Origin: a virus
IMG/VR virus record: IMGVR_UViG_3300036975_000025
Span: 1 to 62,786 of that record
DNA: 62,786 bases
Direction: 5' to 3' (one strand)
Below are positions 8,313 to 17,989 of the stretch, piece after piece. Under the pieces are notes generated by a model that did not search any database, was not told the origin of the DNA, and saw only the letters and a list, made by a program, of their open reading frames with translations. A program made the translations under genes and the position numbers. Position 1 is the first letter of the stretch, and each line of letters opens with the position of its first letter.

Positions 8313-8530
8313 TTTGGCACCTCCTTTTTGATATCTGTGGGTATACCACCTGCACCATTAGGCTTTTCGATGTACTTATCTTGAATGGTGTCGTAAATCA
8401 TCAAATTATTCCATAGAATCACTTGTGGATTGCCATTCTTATAATGTACTTCTTCATACTCTTCCAATGGCCGAAAAAATGCTTCTATGACTGCGTTCTC
8501 TACGGGTATCCATACCCGCTCAGGACCGTT
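8309..8530 (-). other. In-frame open segment downstream of UGA 8531..8533 (candidate recoded extension, 73 codons plus stop)
   Basis: Same frame as 8531..8752. No ATG/GTG with an RBS. Ends in an ATGA overlap with the next gene. Translation NGPERVWIPVENAVIEAFF...DIKKEVPK looks protein-like. Confidence 0.45.
8503..8518 (-). promoter_or_regulatory. Hairpin CGGGUA-UGGA-UACCCG 12 nt downstream of the in-frame UGA (SECIS-like / readthrough-stimulating candidate)
   Basis: Perfect 6-bp stem with a 4-nt G-containing loop, read directly from the sequence. Confidence 0.4.
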
Positions 8531-8752
8531 TCATGTGGGACACCGGACCTTCCCGTTTTTGAATTCCGTTACCAAAGGAGGGCCGGGGGCAGGGGTGCAA
8601 CCACCTTCTGCGTTCAACCGAAACACCATGCCGTTGTACTTCTGCACACAGAAAGTCGTATCGTTGACCGTGATTTTCCCGAATACTCCAGCCGCCCCCA
8701 CCCACGCAGGCAAGATCAGTAGGCAGAGGGCTGTCAGAAATACTCGTTTCAT
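8531..8752 (-). CDS. Small secreted protein (73 aa to the UGA) ending ...RCPT-UGA
   Basis: AGGAGA RBS; signal peptide MKRVFLTALCLLILPAWVGA; the last residues C-P-T precede the TGA. Confidence 0.65.
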   Translation of the reverse strand: MKRVFLTALCLLILPAWVGAAGVFGKITVNDTTFCVQKYNGMVFRLNAEGGCTPAPGPPLVTEFKNGKVRCPT

Positions 8753-8775
8753 GGTGTCTCCTGTAATGACGATGG

Positions 8776-9642
8776 TTACGGGACTTGGGTCGGATCAGCC
8801 GTCCACTGCTTGATCGACAAACCACCTGCACTGTTCCCGGCAGGGTCATACCAAAACCGCTCCCATTCGTAGGGTTTCAGAATAATTATTTTCCCATCCT
8901 CCAGAATGCTGGTCGTGGTGGAAGGCGTGGTACTTCCGTCTGTCGTGTAATTGATATCATCCCCGATGGTCTGAACTTCAATCGCCCTGGCCCCGGCTGC
9001 AACCTCTATAGCCGTGGTGCCGCTCCAAAATTGAGTTACCCCTGTTGTGGCAAAGGCAGAATAGTCTTGGTCTATCAGGAGAGGGGAAGACTCGTAGAAG
9101 TCGCCTTCTTTCCCTGGAAAAATGCGAAACTCCGCATGATCGAAAACGGTTGTACCCGAGGCCGTCACGAACCCGAACCGTACATAGGTATTGGCCGGCA
9201 ACCGGGCCCACTTCGGCCCTGCGGTATTGTTGGTCGTGGCCGTAACCGTCTCATCCTTGTAGAAATAGAACCTCTCGGCATAGGTCCAGGTATCCGGATC
9301 AAGGGAGCACTCTGCGTAGAAATCAAAGTCCTTTGAGATCGTCCCGCCTAAACCTTGCTGGGCCTGAGAGGAATCGAGGTCCATCAACTGCACGCCGTAC
9401 CAGGGTCCGTACTCGTTGGCATTGAAATACTGTGTACCGTCAGCCCGGGTGATGTTGTCGTCGTTGGGGGCATCGAGGTACATGGTCGAGGCGCCGGAGG
9501 CATACGTGGTGTTGCCTGTATCGGTCAATCCTATGTAGGCCGTCATGTACGGGATCTTCCCGAACATCGCCAAGGGGTCGGCGTGCGCGGTTCCCATAAG
9601 GCCGAAGAGCAGAATCAAGGCAAAAACGATTGTCTTTTTCAT
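8776..9642 (-). CDS. Secreted late protein (288 aa)
   Basis: Start at MKKTIVFALILLFGLMGTAHA/DP, an internal Met of the track ORF; beta-rich composition. Confidence 0.6.
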   Translation of the reverse strand: MKKTIVFALILLFGLMGTAHADPLAMFGKIPYMTAYIGLTDTGNTTYASGASTMYLDAPNDDNITRADGTQYFNANEYGPWYGVQLMDLDSSQAQQGLGGTISKDFDFYAECSLDPDTWTYAERFYFYKDETVTATTNNTAGPKWARLPANTYVRFGFVTASGTTVFDHAEFRIFPGKEGDFYESSPLLIDQDYSAFATTGVTQFWSGTTAIEVAAGARAIEVQTIGDDINYTTDGSTTPSTTTSILEDGKIIILKPYEWERFWYDPAGNSAGGLSIKQWTADPTQVP

Positions 9643-9716
9643 GGCTTGCTCCATAAGAAAAGCCCGAAGGCTCAAGGCCCACGGGCTTCTCAAATAAGAT
9701 ATAAAAGTTTTTTAGG

Positions 9717-12700
9717 CTATCGCCACTCCTCGTATATTCTGGTCGCCTCCCCTCTCATCTTCTTGGGGATCTGAGAGAAAGCCGGCCTTAGCCTGTTTCG
9801 AATGGAACTCTTGAGGTCGATCACCTTCCAATACTCCTTGTTCTTGAGGGCCTTACTGTTCCACTCCCGCACCGATTGAAGAACCTTGTCCATCGTCTTC
9901 CGGTCATTCTTTCGAAAGGCGTTCGCGTACTCATCGGCTAAGTGTCGCTTCTTCTCTTGGACACTCTCTTCTGCCTTCCTGACGGCTTGATACGCTGCGT
10001 AGGATTTGCTAGAAGAGATCGGCTGGAATCCAAGGGCTTTCCCCACCATCTCGGGCGCCGTAATCTTCCGAGCTCCCACTTTCCCCGGGTAGTTGATATT
10101 TCTCCCCGAGCGCGTCCTTTGCCCCTCGGTGTAAAGGGTATGCCCTCTCATGGCGTTTCGGACCATCAACGGGGTCACAGGGGACTCAGAGAAAGCCCTG
10201 CCGATCTGCCCACTCTTCAGGCTTTGGATCATGTTCACCGTGTCTTCCATGGCCGAATAGGGCACCCCTAGAAGGTCCTTCCACGATTTCGGCACCTCGA
10301 TCGACAAGGAACCCGTTAAATCCACCCCTGCGGAGGCCCCGGGCAGCCCATATACAATCATGTCCTTCAGCCAGTTGTGCGGCATCAGTTCCCTGGCCTT
10401 GGTCATGGCATCCTCGTCATCGTCCCCCAGCGCCCACAGGAGCGCATTCGAGAAGGCATTGAAGAAGGGGATACCACTTAACCCCGCAATGATGATCAGG
10501 TTGCGAAGAGAGTAGGCCACAGCCCTTTTCCCTGCAGGACCCTGGTTGGAAACCAGATGGGCTACCATGGAAAGGTAGTTGTGCGTGAAAGACCGGAACG
10601 TATAGGCGGATCGGGCGTACTTCTGGAAATCTCCCCCTCGGGCGAATTCAGGAAGATTGGCCTTGCCATAGAGGAAGTGACTGTCTAAAATAATTTGTTT
10701 GGCAAAATCAATGGACCGGTTGTAGTTTCCCTTCGTCCCACCCTGGAAGTCCACCCCATCGTTATAGGCGATCCTGAAGGCTGCAAGCCCCGTAGAAGTC
10801 CGATTGTACTTCTCTGCCAGGCCCATAAAAATACCGGATTTGTCCACGAACTTCTTGAGGTACTTCCCCCAACCCCTTCGAGGAAGATCCCCCTTGAGTT
10901 CCCTGAGGTACTGGTCGATGGTCGCACCCTCTTCGTGCATGTCTCTGAGGGCGGTTTGCTCGATCTCCTTGAGGTGCTTGTAGTGGATCTGTTTTCCCGT
11001 CCACGCTTCCTTTGAGGTTAATGCCCGTCGCGTGTCGGCCATGGCCTTTGCCAGTTTTCTATGAGATCCCTTCGTGTACTGGCTGAGAATAGGGGCCGCA
11101 GCCACCACATTCTGTGTCAGGTTCACAATGGCGCTCTTGGGAACGAACCCGAGGTATTTGACGAAGAACAACCCTCGAATGGAGTCCACCACGCGGTCCG
11201 TCTTGTCCTGGTTCCTCAGAACGTCCCGGACGTACTTCGAGGCGTAGCGGTACTCATTGGGATTCTCTCGAGCGTCGATCTGGTTCAGGATATGCGTATG
11301 CGCCCGAGCCCTCTGAATCTTCGTCTTGAAACCGGCATACCCACTCAGGTAGTCGAAGAGCGTGCCGAAAATATCTTCCGTCTCGAACCCGGCAATGAAC
11401 TGGTCGGATCTTCCAATAGCGTGCTGGCCGAATCCTCGAGACTTCACCACATTGGAAATGGCTTCGGAGAGGGCCTTTTCAATATCCCCCCGGATATTCT
11501 TTGTGGCCTGGGTTCTTGCCTCATCCTCGGTCAACTTGGGGTCGGACTTTCGAATGCGTTCCATCTCCCGCTGGACTTGATCGGCCTTGATATGCTGGCC
11601 GGCCATCCCCGCGATTTGCTGCATGGCATTGATGTCCAGACTGAAAAAGACCTCATCCGGGAGCTGGGTCAACTCTCGGGCACGGCCTACTTCATAATCC
11701 CCCATCTTCCCCGTTAGCCGTCCTTCCCTCACGGCTTTCCTCAGCCATGCCTCAGCCCTTCCCTTGGCCTTATTCTCTTTTGATTTTCCGATCTCCTTAT
11801 ACTTCCAGAAGTGCTCACGGTAGACCACGCTGAAAGGATCGTCCTTCTTCGTGATCTTGATGTAGGCATCCCCGTCTCTCTTGTGGGGGAAGTAGTTGTG
11901 GATCTTTCCCACCTCGGATCGGTACTGCTCGATCAGGTCAGGGTCGAGCTTTTCCACCCGCATGGTCTGGTCAAGGTCGATCAGCTTTCTATCCAGCACC
12001 TCACGGATGTTCAGAAAGGCGTTGATAACCTGCTCGCTCACCCCCTGCTTTTTGAGGAACTGACGGGCTTCCTGGTAGTGTTCGGGCTGAAGGGTTAAGT
12101 CCTCTTCCCCCTTGGAAGGAAACTTGATGGCATCCGTGGGCACGTCCTTCTTGGGGAAACGCTTTCCTTCCCACTTCCAGATGGTGTCGTTGAGTTCCTT
12201 GGACGCCTTCTTATCCTTGGGGATGGAGTCCTGGATCTCCCCTAGTCCTGTCTCGTAATCGTCGTGGAGCTCCCGGCTTCTCGTCTCTCCCGCGTCGATC
12301 TCCACGGCTACATGCTGGCCGATAGTCGGGTATTTCTTGCCTACCCAATAGGGAAGTTGAAACGTCTTTCTCCACGCCCTCATGTCATTGGACCGCTCTA
12401 CGCCTGTACCGAACCGTTCGAGAAGGTTTGAAAGGCTGGAGGCTTCACTGAGAGGTTGCCTGACGGAGCCTATGGGGGAAGAGGCATCGTGAATTTTCTG
12501 AAGGCTCTCTATCCCCTCCACGCCCAAAGACGCCCTAACTGCTTCTGCCGCAGGGCCTTCCTTGGAGGTGAGGGAAGCCATGATGTCAGCCATGGGAGCG
12601 CTGGCCGCAACCTTTCCCAACGCCTCCCTGCTCGCCCCACTCACAATGGACTGAAGGTCCGCATCGGTCAGTCTCAGGGTTACGCCCATGTTGCGGAGAA

Positions 12701-15700
12701 TCTCCCGGATCTTCGCGTACAGCCTCTTCAGAAGGTTCGGGTCTTTCCCGCTCTCCGCGATTCGGGCAAGGTACTCTTCCGCGACAACCCTTTGCTGTCT
12801 ACGGGTGTTTTCCCATTTGTCCCCGAAGTATTCATCTATCAGGTCTTGCAGTCCCTCTTCACCCTTAGTCGCGTATACCTCTTCGAGAAACCCATTCAGC
12901 CGGGAGCCAAAGACTTTCCTGAGACTGTAATGCCCACGGGCTTCGTGAAAGAACGTCACCACCACGTCTTCTGGCCGGGTGAAGGCTTTGGAGAAAATCA
13001 GGACTTCGGGGTGCTTCTTGTCAATCAGCGCACCCTTTAAAGACCCCTCTCGCCATTGGGGAGCGGATTTGTCCAATTGGGCTTGCTGGGCGAGAGTCAG
13101 GGAACCCGCATCCTCTACCACCCTTACTGTCAGGTCAATGCCACGGGACCGGAGTCGCTTCGTGAAGGGGGTAATGGCTTGACGGGCTTGACGACGGGTG
13201 AGGGGGGTGCCTCTGGCTTTCTTGCCTTTCTTTGCAAGCAGTTCTCCCGTCTCCCCCTTCGGCCACTCCTTTACGTTCTCCCCCTCAACAATTTTCTTCT
13301 TTCCCCGGACAACGACCTCGACCTTCCCCTTATTTTTGCCTCGTTTGATTTCGCGGGATTCGGTGAAAGGATACACTTTGTTGTCAATCCAAACCTTGCC
13401 GGAACGGGGCTTGGCTTCTTTTTCGGTCTTCTCCTGTGCCTGTAGGTCGGGGTAGTCTTTGAGGACGGAGGCAGGGACGGATTTGCCTTCCCTAAGAGCA
13501 GACACAACTTCACGCCGATGTGAAATGAGTTCCTGCCCTTTGGGTGTCAAGGCAAAAGCCGTGACCCTCATTGTATTGTCGGTATCAGCCAAGCCAAGGT
13601 CACGCAGTTCTCGCATTTCGCCTTGAGACGGCCTCTTCCGTTTTCCGCGCAAAACATCCGACATCCGTTCTGCAATTTCAACGATGCGCGGTTCATACTC
13701 TTGGGACTCACGCCATTCTTCAGCCGTCATCTCCCACGGTTCCTTCCCCGTGGTTCCCTCTGCTTCAGACTCAACCGTCAAGGATTCCTTGTCAGTTGCC
13801 TCCTTTGGCGCTTTCTCCTCAAACGCCTTCGCCTGCTTCTCCCTCTCCGCTCTCACCTCTTCGAGATCGGTCGTCTCGGTTGCAAATGTCCCGCCGTTCT
13901 CCATGTCCGTCCAGGTATGCGCTCCGTCTTCCCATTGCCCTTCGTGTCGGACGCCCTCGGTCTGAAGCGTTTCAACGGCACTCTTTTCACCCTCTTCCAG
14001 TTTGACTTCCCCGGCCCTCAGAAACCGTGCCGCCTTCCCGGTAATCGCCATCTTGAGCATGTCCATAGGCGTGCGCTTGCCCATCTGGGTGCGCTCATCA
14101 GTCGGTGTAGGCGGTCCCACATACCCGCCCACCAGTTCCGTGGCTTTGTCGAGAAACGTCTGAGGGGTTTCCCCGGCCCGAATCAGCCGTTGCTCTTCCG
14201 GGGTAACGGTAACCCCTTCAATGACTACGGGCGTACCAGGTAATTCCTCCATCTCCTGAATTTTCATGAGGGCATCGGCCATCTTCTGCGCGGCCTTCCA
14301 GGGGGACCGGGCGATCTCCTCTTCCCGTGCCTCCATGCCCCGGCGCTGCTTCTCGATAGCTGCCACCTTTTCAGGGACGCCCTCTTCATGATAGACGGGT
14401 TTCTGCCCGGTAATGCGCTCGGTCCTCTCTCTCCCCTTGGTCTGGAGTTCCTGCCTCAGAGCCTCGTAATCCTCTTCATCCTTTGCCAGTTCCTTTTCAA
14501 ACTCGGCTTCCAGATCCGTTCGGCGTTGCTGGGCCTGCTTCCTTGCCCTCTGTTTGTCGAGCATCACGGAGACGGATTCAATGGGCTCCGCTTCGGGAGC
14601 AGCCGGTAAATCAGAGAGAGACGAGACAACCGGCTTCGGTTCCGTCGCCTCTTCAACGGGTTCTGCGGGTTGCTTGTTCATGGCGTCGATAATGAGCTTA
14701 TTCACGTCATCATCGAGCCCTAATTCCTCGATCCTCGGATCTTCCTTGAGTTCAAGGAGTTCATCGAGGCCGAATGTCCTTCCCTGTTCGTCTGTACCTG
14801 TGTCGTAGGCTCTCTGAATCCCGCTGAGGATTTGCTGTTTGGCTTGGTCGGCGCTTGTACCTTTAGGCGTTGCAATTCCACTAACCATTCCACCACCAAG
14901 ACCACCAACGGCTCCTGCCGCACCGCTTTCGATTAGACGATCAAGGTTCTCCTGCGTAAATTTTTCAAAAGTGGGATCATTGACAGCAATGTTCGCCATA
15001 GAAAGGAGTTCTTGCGTAGATTCCTGTAATGCCTCCCCAGGGGCTTGCTTTGCCGCCTCTTTAACCATCCGAGCGACAAGAGAAACGCTTTTAGGTGTCC
15101 CGTTTCCTGCTAAAATCCTATCAAGGGTTTCTCTAAACGCCTTCCCAGCCTTGCCTCCAAGGGTTTTATCAATCAACCGAGCATTACCACCTGCAAGTTC
15201 TACAAAAGCGGCAAGAGTGCCTGTAGCCAGGGCAGACCAAGGATTATCAATTCCCCGCTCCATCGCTTCGCCCCAATTCCCACCTGCTTCAATAGGGGCT
15301 ACCGCACTCACAATGCCAGCCTTGGCTCCTGCCTGCTTCATGGCTTGCTTGGCAATGGCGCTCTTCCCAATTCTTTCTATCTGTTCTCGCGCAGCCCTCT
15401 CAGCCGCTTCGCGGGTCATGCCTTTCTTAACAAAACGACCCACCGCCTCTTTAATCATTTTTCGAATGGCACGCTTGCCGAAGAAACCTGCAACGGCCCC
15501 TCCTGCCGTACCAGGCCCAGGCGCAGCAGACCCTAATGTTGCCCCTAAAGCCGCACCCACAGCGGCTTCACCCATAGACGGGACAAGTTCCCCAGCCGTT
15601 TCACCAGCCCATCCTAATGCGCTTGTTAGCCCTTTGATTTCCTTAAATTCTGTTTCTTTCGGATACTGCGCCGCTTCCTCAATGTTCCTCTGGTATCCCT

Positions 15701-15956
15701 CAAATCCCCATTCTTCCAGGGGTTCGATTCTGAGAGCAGACCCTACCAATCCCGCCGCGCCATAACCCGTAGCCTGAAGGTTCTCCCACCCACGGTGAAT
15801 GCCACGCTCGAAGCCCGACATATCTTCCTCGGGTTCTCCGAGATCGGCCAGGCTGGAAACCACCCTCTTGCCACCCGTGTCCAAGTCGGCAAGGGACGAA
15901 ACAACCGGCATCTCGTCTTCGTAAAGATCATTCAGTGATTGGACGATTCGGGGCAT
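9717..15956 (-). CDS. Giant (2,079 aa) virion-associated polyvalent / ejection or tape-measure-like protein
   Basis: Single uninterrupted ORF, TAATG-coupled to the upstream gene. Gly/Ala-rich hydrophobic N-terminal third, a charged coiled-coil middle, and YFPHKRDGDAYI resembling the PLxRFG-domain core of phage/ICE polyvalent proteins. Confidence 0.7.
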   Translation of the reverse strand: MPRIVQSLNDLYEDEMPVVSSLADLDTGGKRVVSSLADLGEPEEDMSGFERGIHRGWENLQATGYGAAGLVGSALRIEPLEEWGFEGYQRNIEEAAQYPKETEFKEIKGLTSALGWAGETAGELVPSMGEAAVGAALGATLGSAAPGPGTAGGAVAGFFGKRAIRKMIKEAVGRFVKKGMTREAAERAAREQIERIGKSAIAKQAMKQAGAKAGIVSAVAPIEAGGNWGEAMERGIDNPWSALATGTLAAFVELAGGNARLIDKTLGGKAGKAFRETLDRILAGNGTPKSVSLVARMVKEAAKQAPGEALQESTQELLSMANIAVNDPTFEKFTQENLDRLIESGAAGAVGGLGGGMVSGIATPKGTSADQAKQQILSGIQRAYDTGTDEQGRTFGLDELLELKEDPRIEELGLDDDVNKLIIDAMNKQPAEPVEEATEPKPVVSSLSDLPAAPEAEPIESVSVMLDKQRARKQAQQRRTDLEAEFEKELAKDEEDYEALRQELQTKGRERTERITGQKPVYHEEGVPEKVAAIEKQRRGMEAREEEIARSPWKAAQKMADALMKIQEMEELPGTPVVIEGVTVTPEEQRLIRAGETPQTFLDKATELVGGYVGPPTPTDERTQMGKRTPMDMLKMAITGKAARFLRAGEVKLEEGEKSAVETLQTEGVRHEGQWEDGAHTWTDMENGGTFATETTDLEEVRAEREKQAKAFEEKAPKEATDKESLTVESEAEGTTGKEPWEMTAEEWRESQEYEPRIVEIAERMSDVLRGKRKRPSQGEMRELRDLGLADTDNTMRVTAFALTPKGQELISHRREVVSALREGKSVPASVLKDYPDLQAQEKTEKEAKPRSGKVWIDNKVYPFTESREIKRGKNKGKVEVVVRGKKKIVEGENVKEWPKGETGELLAKKGKKARGTPLTRRQARQAITPFTKRLRSRGIDLTVRVVEDAGSLTLAQQAQLDKSAPQWREGSLKGALIDKKHPEVLIFSKAFTRPEDVVVTFFHEARGHYSLRKVFGSRLNGFLEEVYATKGEEGLQDLIDEYFGDKWENTRRQQRVVAEEYLARIAESGKDPNLLKRLYAKIREILRNMGVTLRLTDADLQSIVSGASREALGKVAASAPMADIMASLTSKEGPAAEAVRASLGVEGIESLQKIHDASSPIGSVRQPLSEASSLSNLLERFGTGVERSNDMRAWRKTFQLPYWVGKKYPTIGQHVAVEIDAGETRSRELHDDYETGLGEIQDSIPKDKKASKELNDTIWKWEGKRFPKKDVPTDAIKFPSKGEEDLTLQPEHYQEARQFLKKQGVSEQVINAFLNIREVLDRKLIDLDQTMRVEKLDPDLIEQYRSEVGKIHNYFPHKRDGDAYIKITKKDDPFSVVYREHFWKYKEIGKSKENKAKGRAEAWLRKAVREGRLTGKMGDYEVGRARELTQLPDEVFFSLDINAMQQIAGMAGQHIKADQVQREMERIRKSDPKLTEDEARTQATKNIRGDIEKALSEAISNVVKSRGFGQHAIGRSDQFIAGFETEDIFGTLFDYLSGYAGFKTKIQRARAHTHILNQIDARENPNEYRYASKYVRDVLRNQDKTDRVVDSIRGLFFVKYLGFVPKSAIVNLTQNVVAAAPILSQYTKGSHRKLAKAMADTRRALTSKEAWTGKQIHYKHLKEIEQTALRDMHEEGATIDQYLRELKGDLPRRGWGKYLKKFVDKSGIFMGLAEKYNRTSTGLAAFRIAYNDGVDFQGGTKGNYNRSIDFAKQIILDSHFLYGKANLPEFARGGDFQKYARSAYTFRSFTHNYLSMVAHLVSNQGPAGKRAVAYSLRNLIIIAGLSGIPFFNAFSNALLWALGDDDEDAMTKARELMPHNWLKDMIVYGLPGASAGVDLTGSLSIEVPKSWKDLLGVPYSAMEDTVNMIQSLKSGQIGRAFSESPVTPLMVRNAMRGHTLYTEGQRTRSGRNINYPGKVGARKITAPEMVGKALGFQPISSSKSYAAYQAVRKAEESVQEKKRHLADEYANAFRKNDRKTMDKVLQSVREWNSKALKNKEYWKVIDLKSSIRNRLRPAFSQIPKKMRGEATRIYEEWR

Positions 15957-17353
15957 TACTTCCCTTTCGGTCCGATAACGAAATCACGTCCCATGTAGCG
16001 AACGTAAATCTTTCCATCTTTCACATGAGTTTCAGCGCCTAGTTCTTGCTCATAATGCACGGCCTTGTTTTGTTCTTCCGGGCTTAAGGCCTCCCAGGCC
16101 TGATCGTATTCAGCGGATTTTCCCTCGATCCTCAAGTTCGACCCGGGGATAGTCCCGCCCTCCTTCCGGTAGAGCTTCATGGCCTTCTTATAGGCATCCG
16201 GGTTTTGCTGGCGAAGCTGGTAGAGTCGGGGCCGATCCTTGGCCTCTTTCGCTGCCCGGATCTCCTGAAGCATGGACTGCACTTCGTCAGGTTTTTCCCC
16301 GGTCGCCTCTTTCTTTTCTTCAGGGGGTTGTGCGGGTTGTCTTTGTTCGGGGGGTTGCTGCTCGGGAGGGGGTGTACCTTGGCCTCCCTGAACGGCTTGG
16401 GCTACCTCTGGGGGAATTCTTCCGCTCTTCACGGCTTTATTCCATGCGTCGGGGTTTTGCTGGGCTTCTCTTTGAAGGTTGGGAATCAGATAGACTGTAC
16501 CGTTCACCTCTATGCTTTCACCCGGCGCCACTTGGGGAGCTCCACCCGGTTCTTGCGTGCCTGTACCGGGTTGTCCCGCCCCACCTAAACGATCAACCTT
16601 CCGCTGCAGACGGGCGCTGGTAGCCTCAAGTCTCCTGGTTTCCGCTTCCGTCAGGGGCCTTTGGACCCCTGCCTCTTCGATCATGCCCAAGTCGAGAATC
16701 TTGTCGATCTCCGCTTTCCGGTCCACCAACGCCTCAACCGTGGCTTCATCGGCTTTTGAAAGTTTGTTGGCCCCCTTGATGATCTCCGTAATGGCACCTC
16801 CAACAATCTTGTCGCGCACGCCTTCGGGTGTTTCTCGATAATCCCGCGCGGTCGGAGTCTTCCCCTGTTCCGCCAGAGTATCCCGCCTCATGGCTTCCTG
16901 ATGTCCCGCCAAGGCCTGCTCCAGCCGACGCTTTTCCTGTTGAAGCCGTTCGTAGTCCTCGGCCAAATTGGGGTCCTCTTGGTAAGCGGGTTTCCCACGG
17001 CTCCCAACATTCGTAACTGCGCCATCGTCCCTGATGTAGTTTCCCGTCTCCCGGCCAAACTGAGGGGTCCACACTCCTTCCGGACCCATAGGGCGAGCTC
17101 GCTTCTCTTCGTCCGTCAGAGGCCCTTCAGTCACAGCCGGCGCCCCCGCTCCAGGGGGAAGCTCATAGGACCTGGGCCGCTCGAGGACGTTCATTTCCTG
17201 CGCGATCCGCTCAAGACGCCACTTGGCATCGCTCTCTTCTCTGGGGGAAAGTTTTCTGGGGGTGCTCGCCTGAGTACGCCCACCACCAAGAGCCTGTTCA
17301 ATGCGACGGATGTTGTTTTCTAACTGCTCTGGCGTCATACTTGAGAGGTTCAT
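15956..17353 (-). CDS. Pro/Gln/Glu-rich late protein (465 aa), internal virion protein candidate
   Basis: GGGAGA RBS; low-complexity PPEQQPPEQRQPAQPPEE region; its last base is shared with the giant gene's start codon (TAATG overlap at 15956). Confidence 0.6.
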   Translation of the reverse strand: MNLSSMTPEQLENNIRRIEQALGGGRTQASTPRKLSPREESDAKWRLERIAQEMNVLERPRSYELPPGAGAPAVTEGPLTDEEKRARPMGPEGVWTPQFGRETGNYIRDDGAVTNVGSRGKPAYQEDPNLAEDYERLQQEKRRLEQALAGHQEAMRRDTLAEQGKTPTARDYRETPEGVRDKIVGGAITEIIKGANKLSKADEATVEALVDRKAEIDKILDLGMIEEAGVQRPLTEAETRRLEATSARLQRKVDRLGGAGQPGTGTQEPGGAPQVAPGESIEVNGTVYLIPNLQREAQQNPDAWNKAVKSGRIPPEVAQAVQGGQGTPPPEQQPPEQRQPAQPPEEKKEATGEKPDEVQSMLQEIRAAKEAKDRPRLYQLRQQNPDAYKKAMKLYRKEGGTIPGSNLRIEGKSAEYDQAWEALSPEEQNKAVHYEQELGAETHVKDGKIYVRYMGRDFVIGPKGK

Positions 17354-17365
17354 GGTTTTTCTCCC

Positions 17366-17989
17366 TTATTGATACCTGCTCTGGTAGTACCGCCGAAGGG
17401 CCTCATCATACTTTTGGGCGGCACTCTGCGTCCGGAATCCACCTGCCCTCATCGTCGGCCTTCTAACGGGTACGGAGGAACCACCGCTATCCCCGAACCC
17501 GTAAGAACTCACATCCCCGGGCTGTGTCCCCTCTTTTCCGTATGTATATTGCCCCGCCTGATTTCGGGCATAAGGCTCCCCGCTGAATCCCATCGGCTCC
17601 CAAAAGCTTGTTACCCTCTCTTCCGGGGTTCCCGCTCCATATTCGATGCCGTACCTGGTTTTCTGCCAGTCCTGATAATCCGCAAGACGGTTTTCCTGTT
17701 GCTGAGCGAGCTCGAACCGGCGCTCCCTTTCCTTGACCAACTCATCTAACTGTTCTTGAAGGCGAGCCGATGTGGTATCGAACTCGGCCTGCCGCTGCCC
17801 GAACTCCTTGCCGAACTTCTCCTTCTGGAAGCCGAATTGCTGTTTTTGCAGGTCTAAGGCGTCTTTGTATTTCCGGGCTGCGAGATTCTGTTGACCAATC
17901 GCCTGAAAAGCGCCTTGCACCGCAGGGGCGTAGTTCACCGTTCCCTTGGATGCCCTCAGAAGGTTTCGTGCATCGGTATAGGTTGCCAT
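17366..17989 (-). CDS. Late protein (207 aa), coiled-coil
   Basis: AAAGGAG RBS; Q/E/K-rich heptad-like middle. Confidence 0.55.
   Translation of the reverse strand: MATYTDARNLLRASKGTVNYAPAVQGAFQAIGQQNLAARKYKDALDLQKQQFGFQKEKFGKEFGQRQAEFDTTSARLQEQLDELVKERERRFELAQQQENRLADYQDWQKTRYGIEYGAGTPEERVTSFWEPMGFSGEPYARNQAGQYTYGKEGTQPGDVSSYGFGDSGGSSVPVRRPTMRAGGFRTQSAAQKYDEALRRYYQSRYQ

Noticed and set aside
8531-8533. Genome-wide TGA reassignment (genetic code 4 or 25)
   Set aside because: Many well-supported genes terminate at TGA in ATGA/TGATG couplings (e.g. 529, 5562, 6595, 36859, 43163, 55330). TGA is therefore normally a stop, and only this one site looks recoded.
12930-12965. Zinc metalloprotease active site in the giant protein (FFHEARGHYSL)
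   Set aside because: The spacing is H-E-x-x-x-H, not the zincin H-E-x-x-H, and no downstream third ligand motif was recognised. It is noted but not called.
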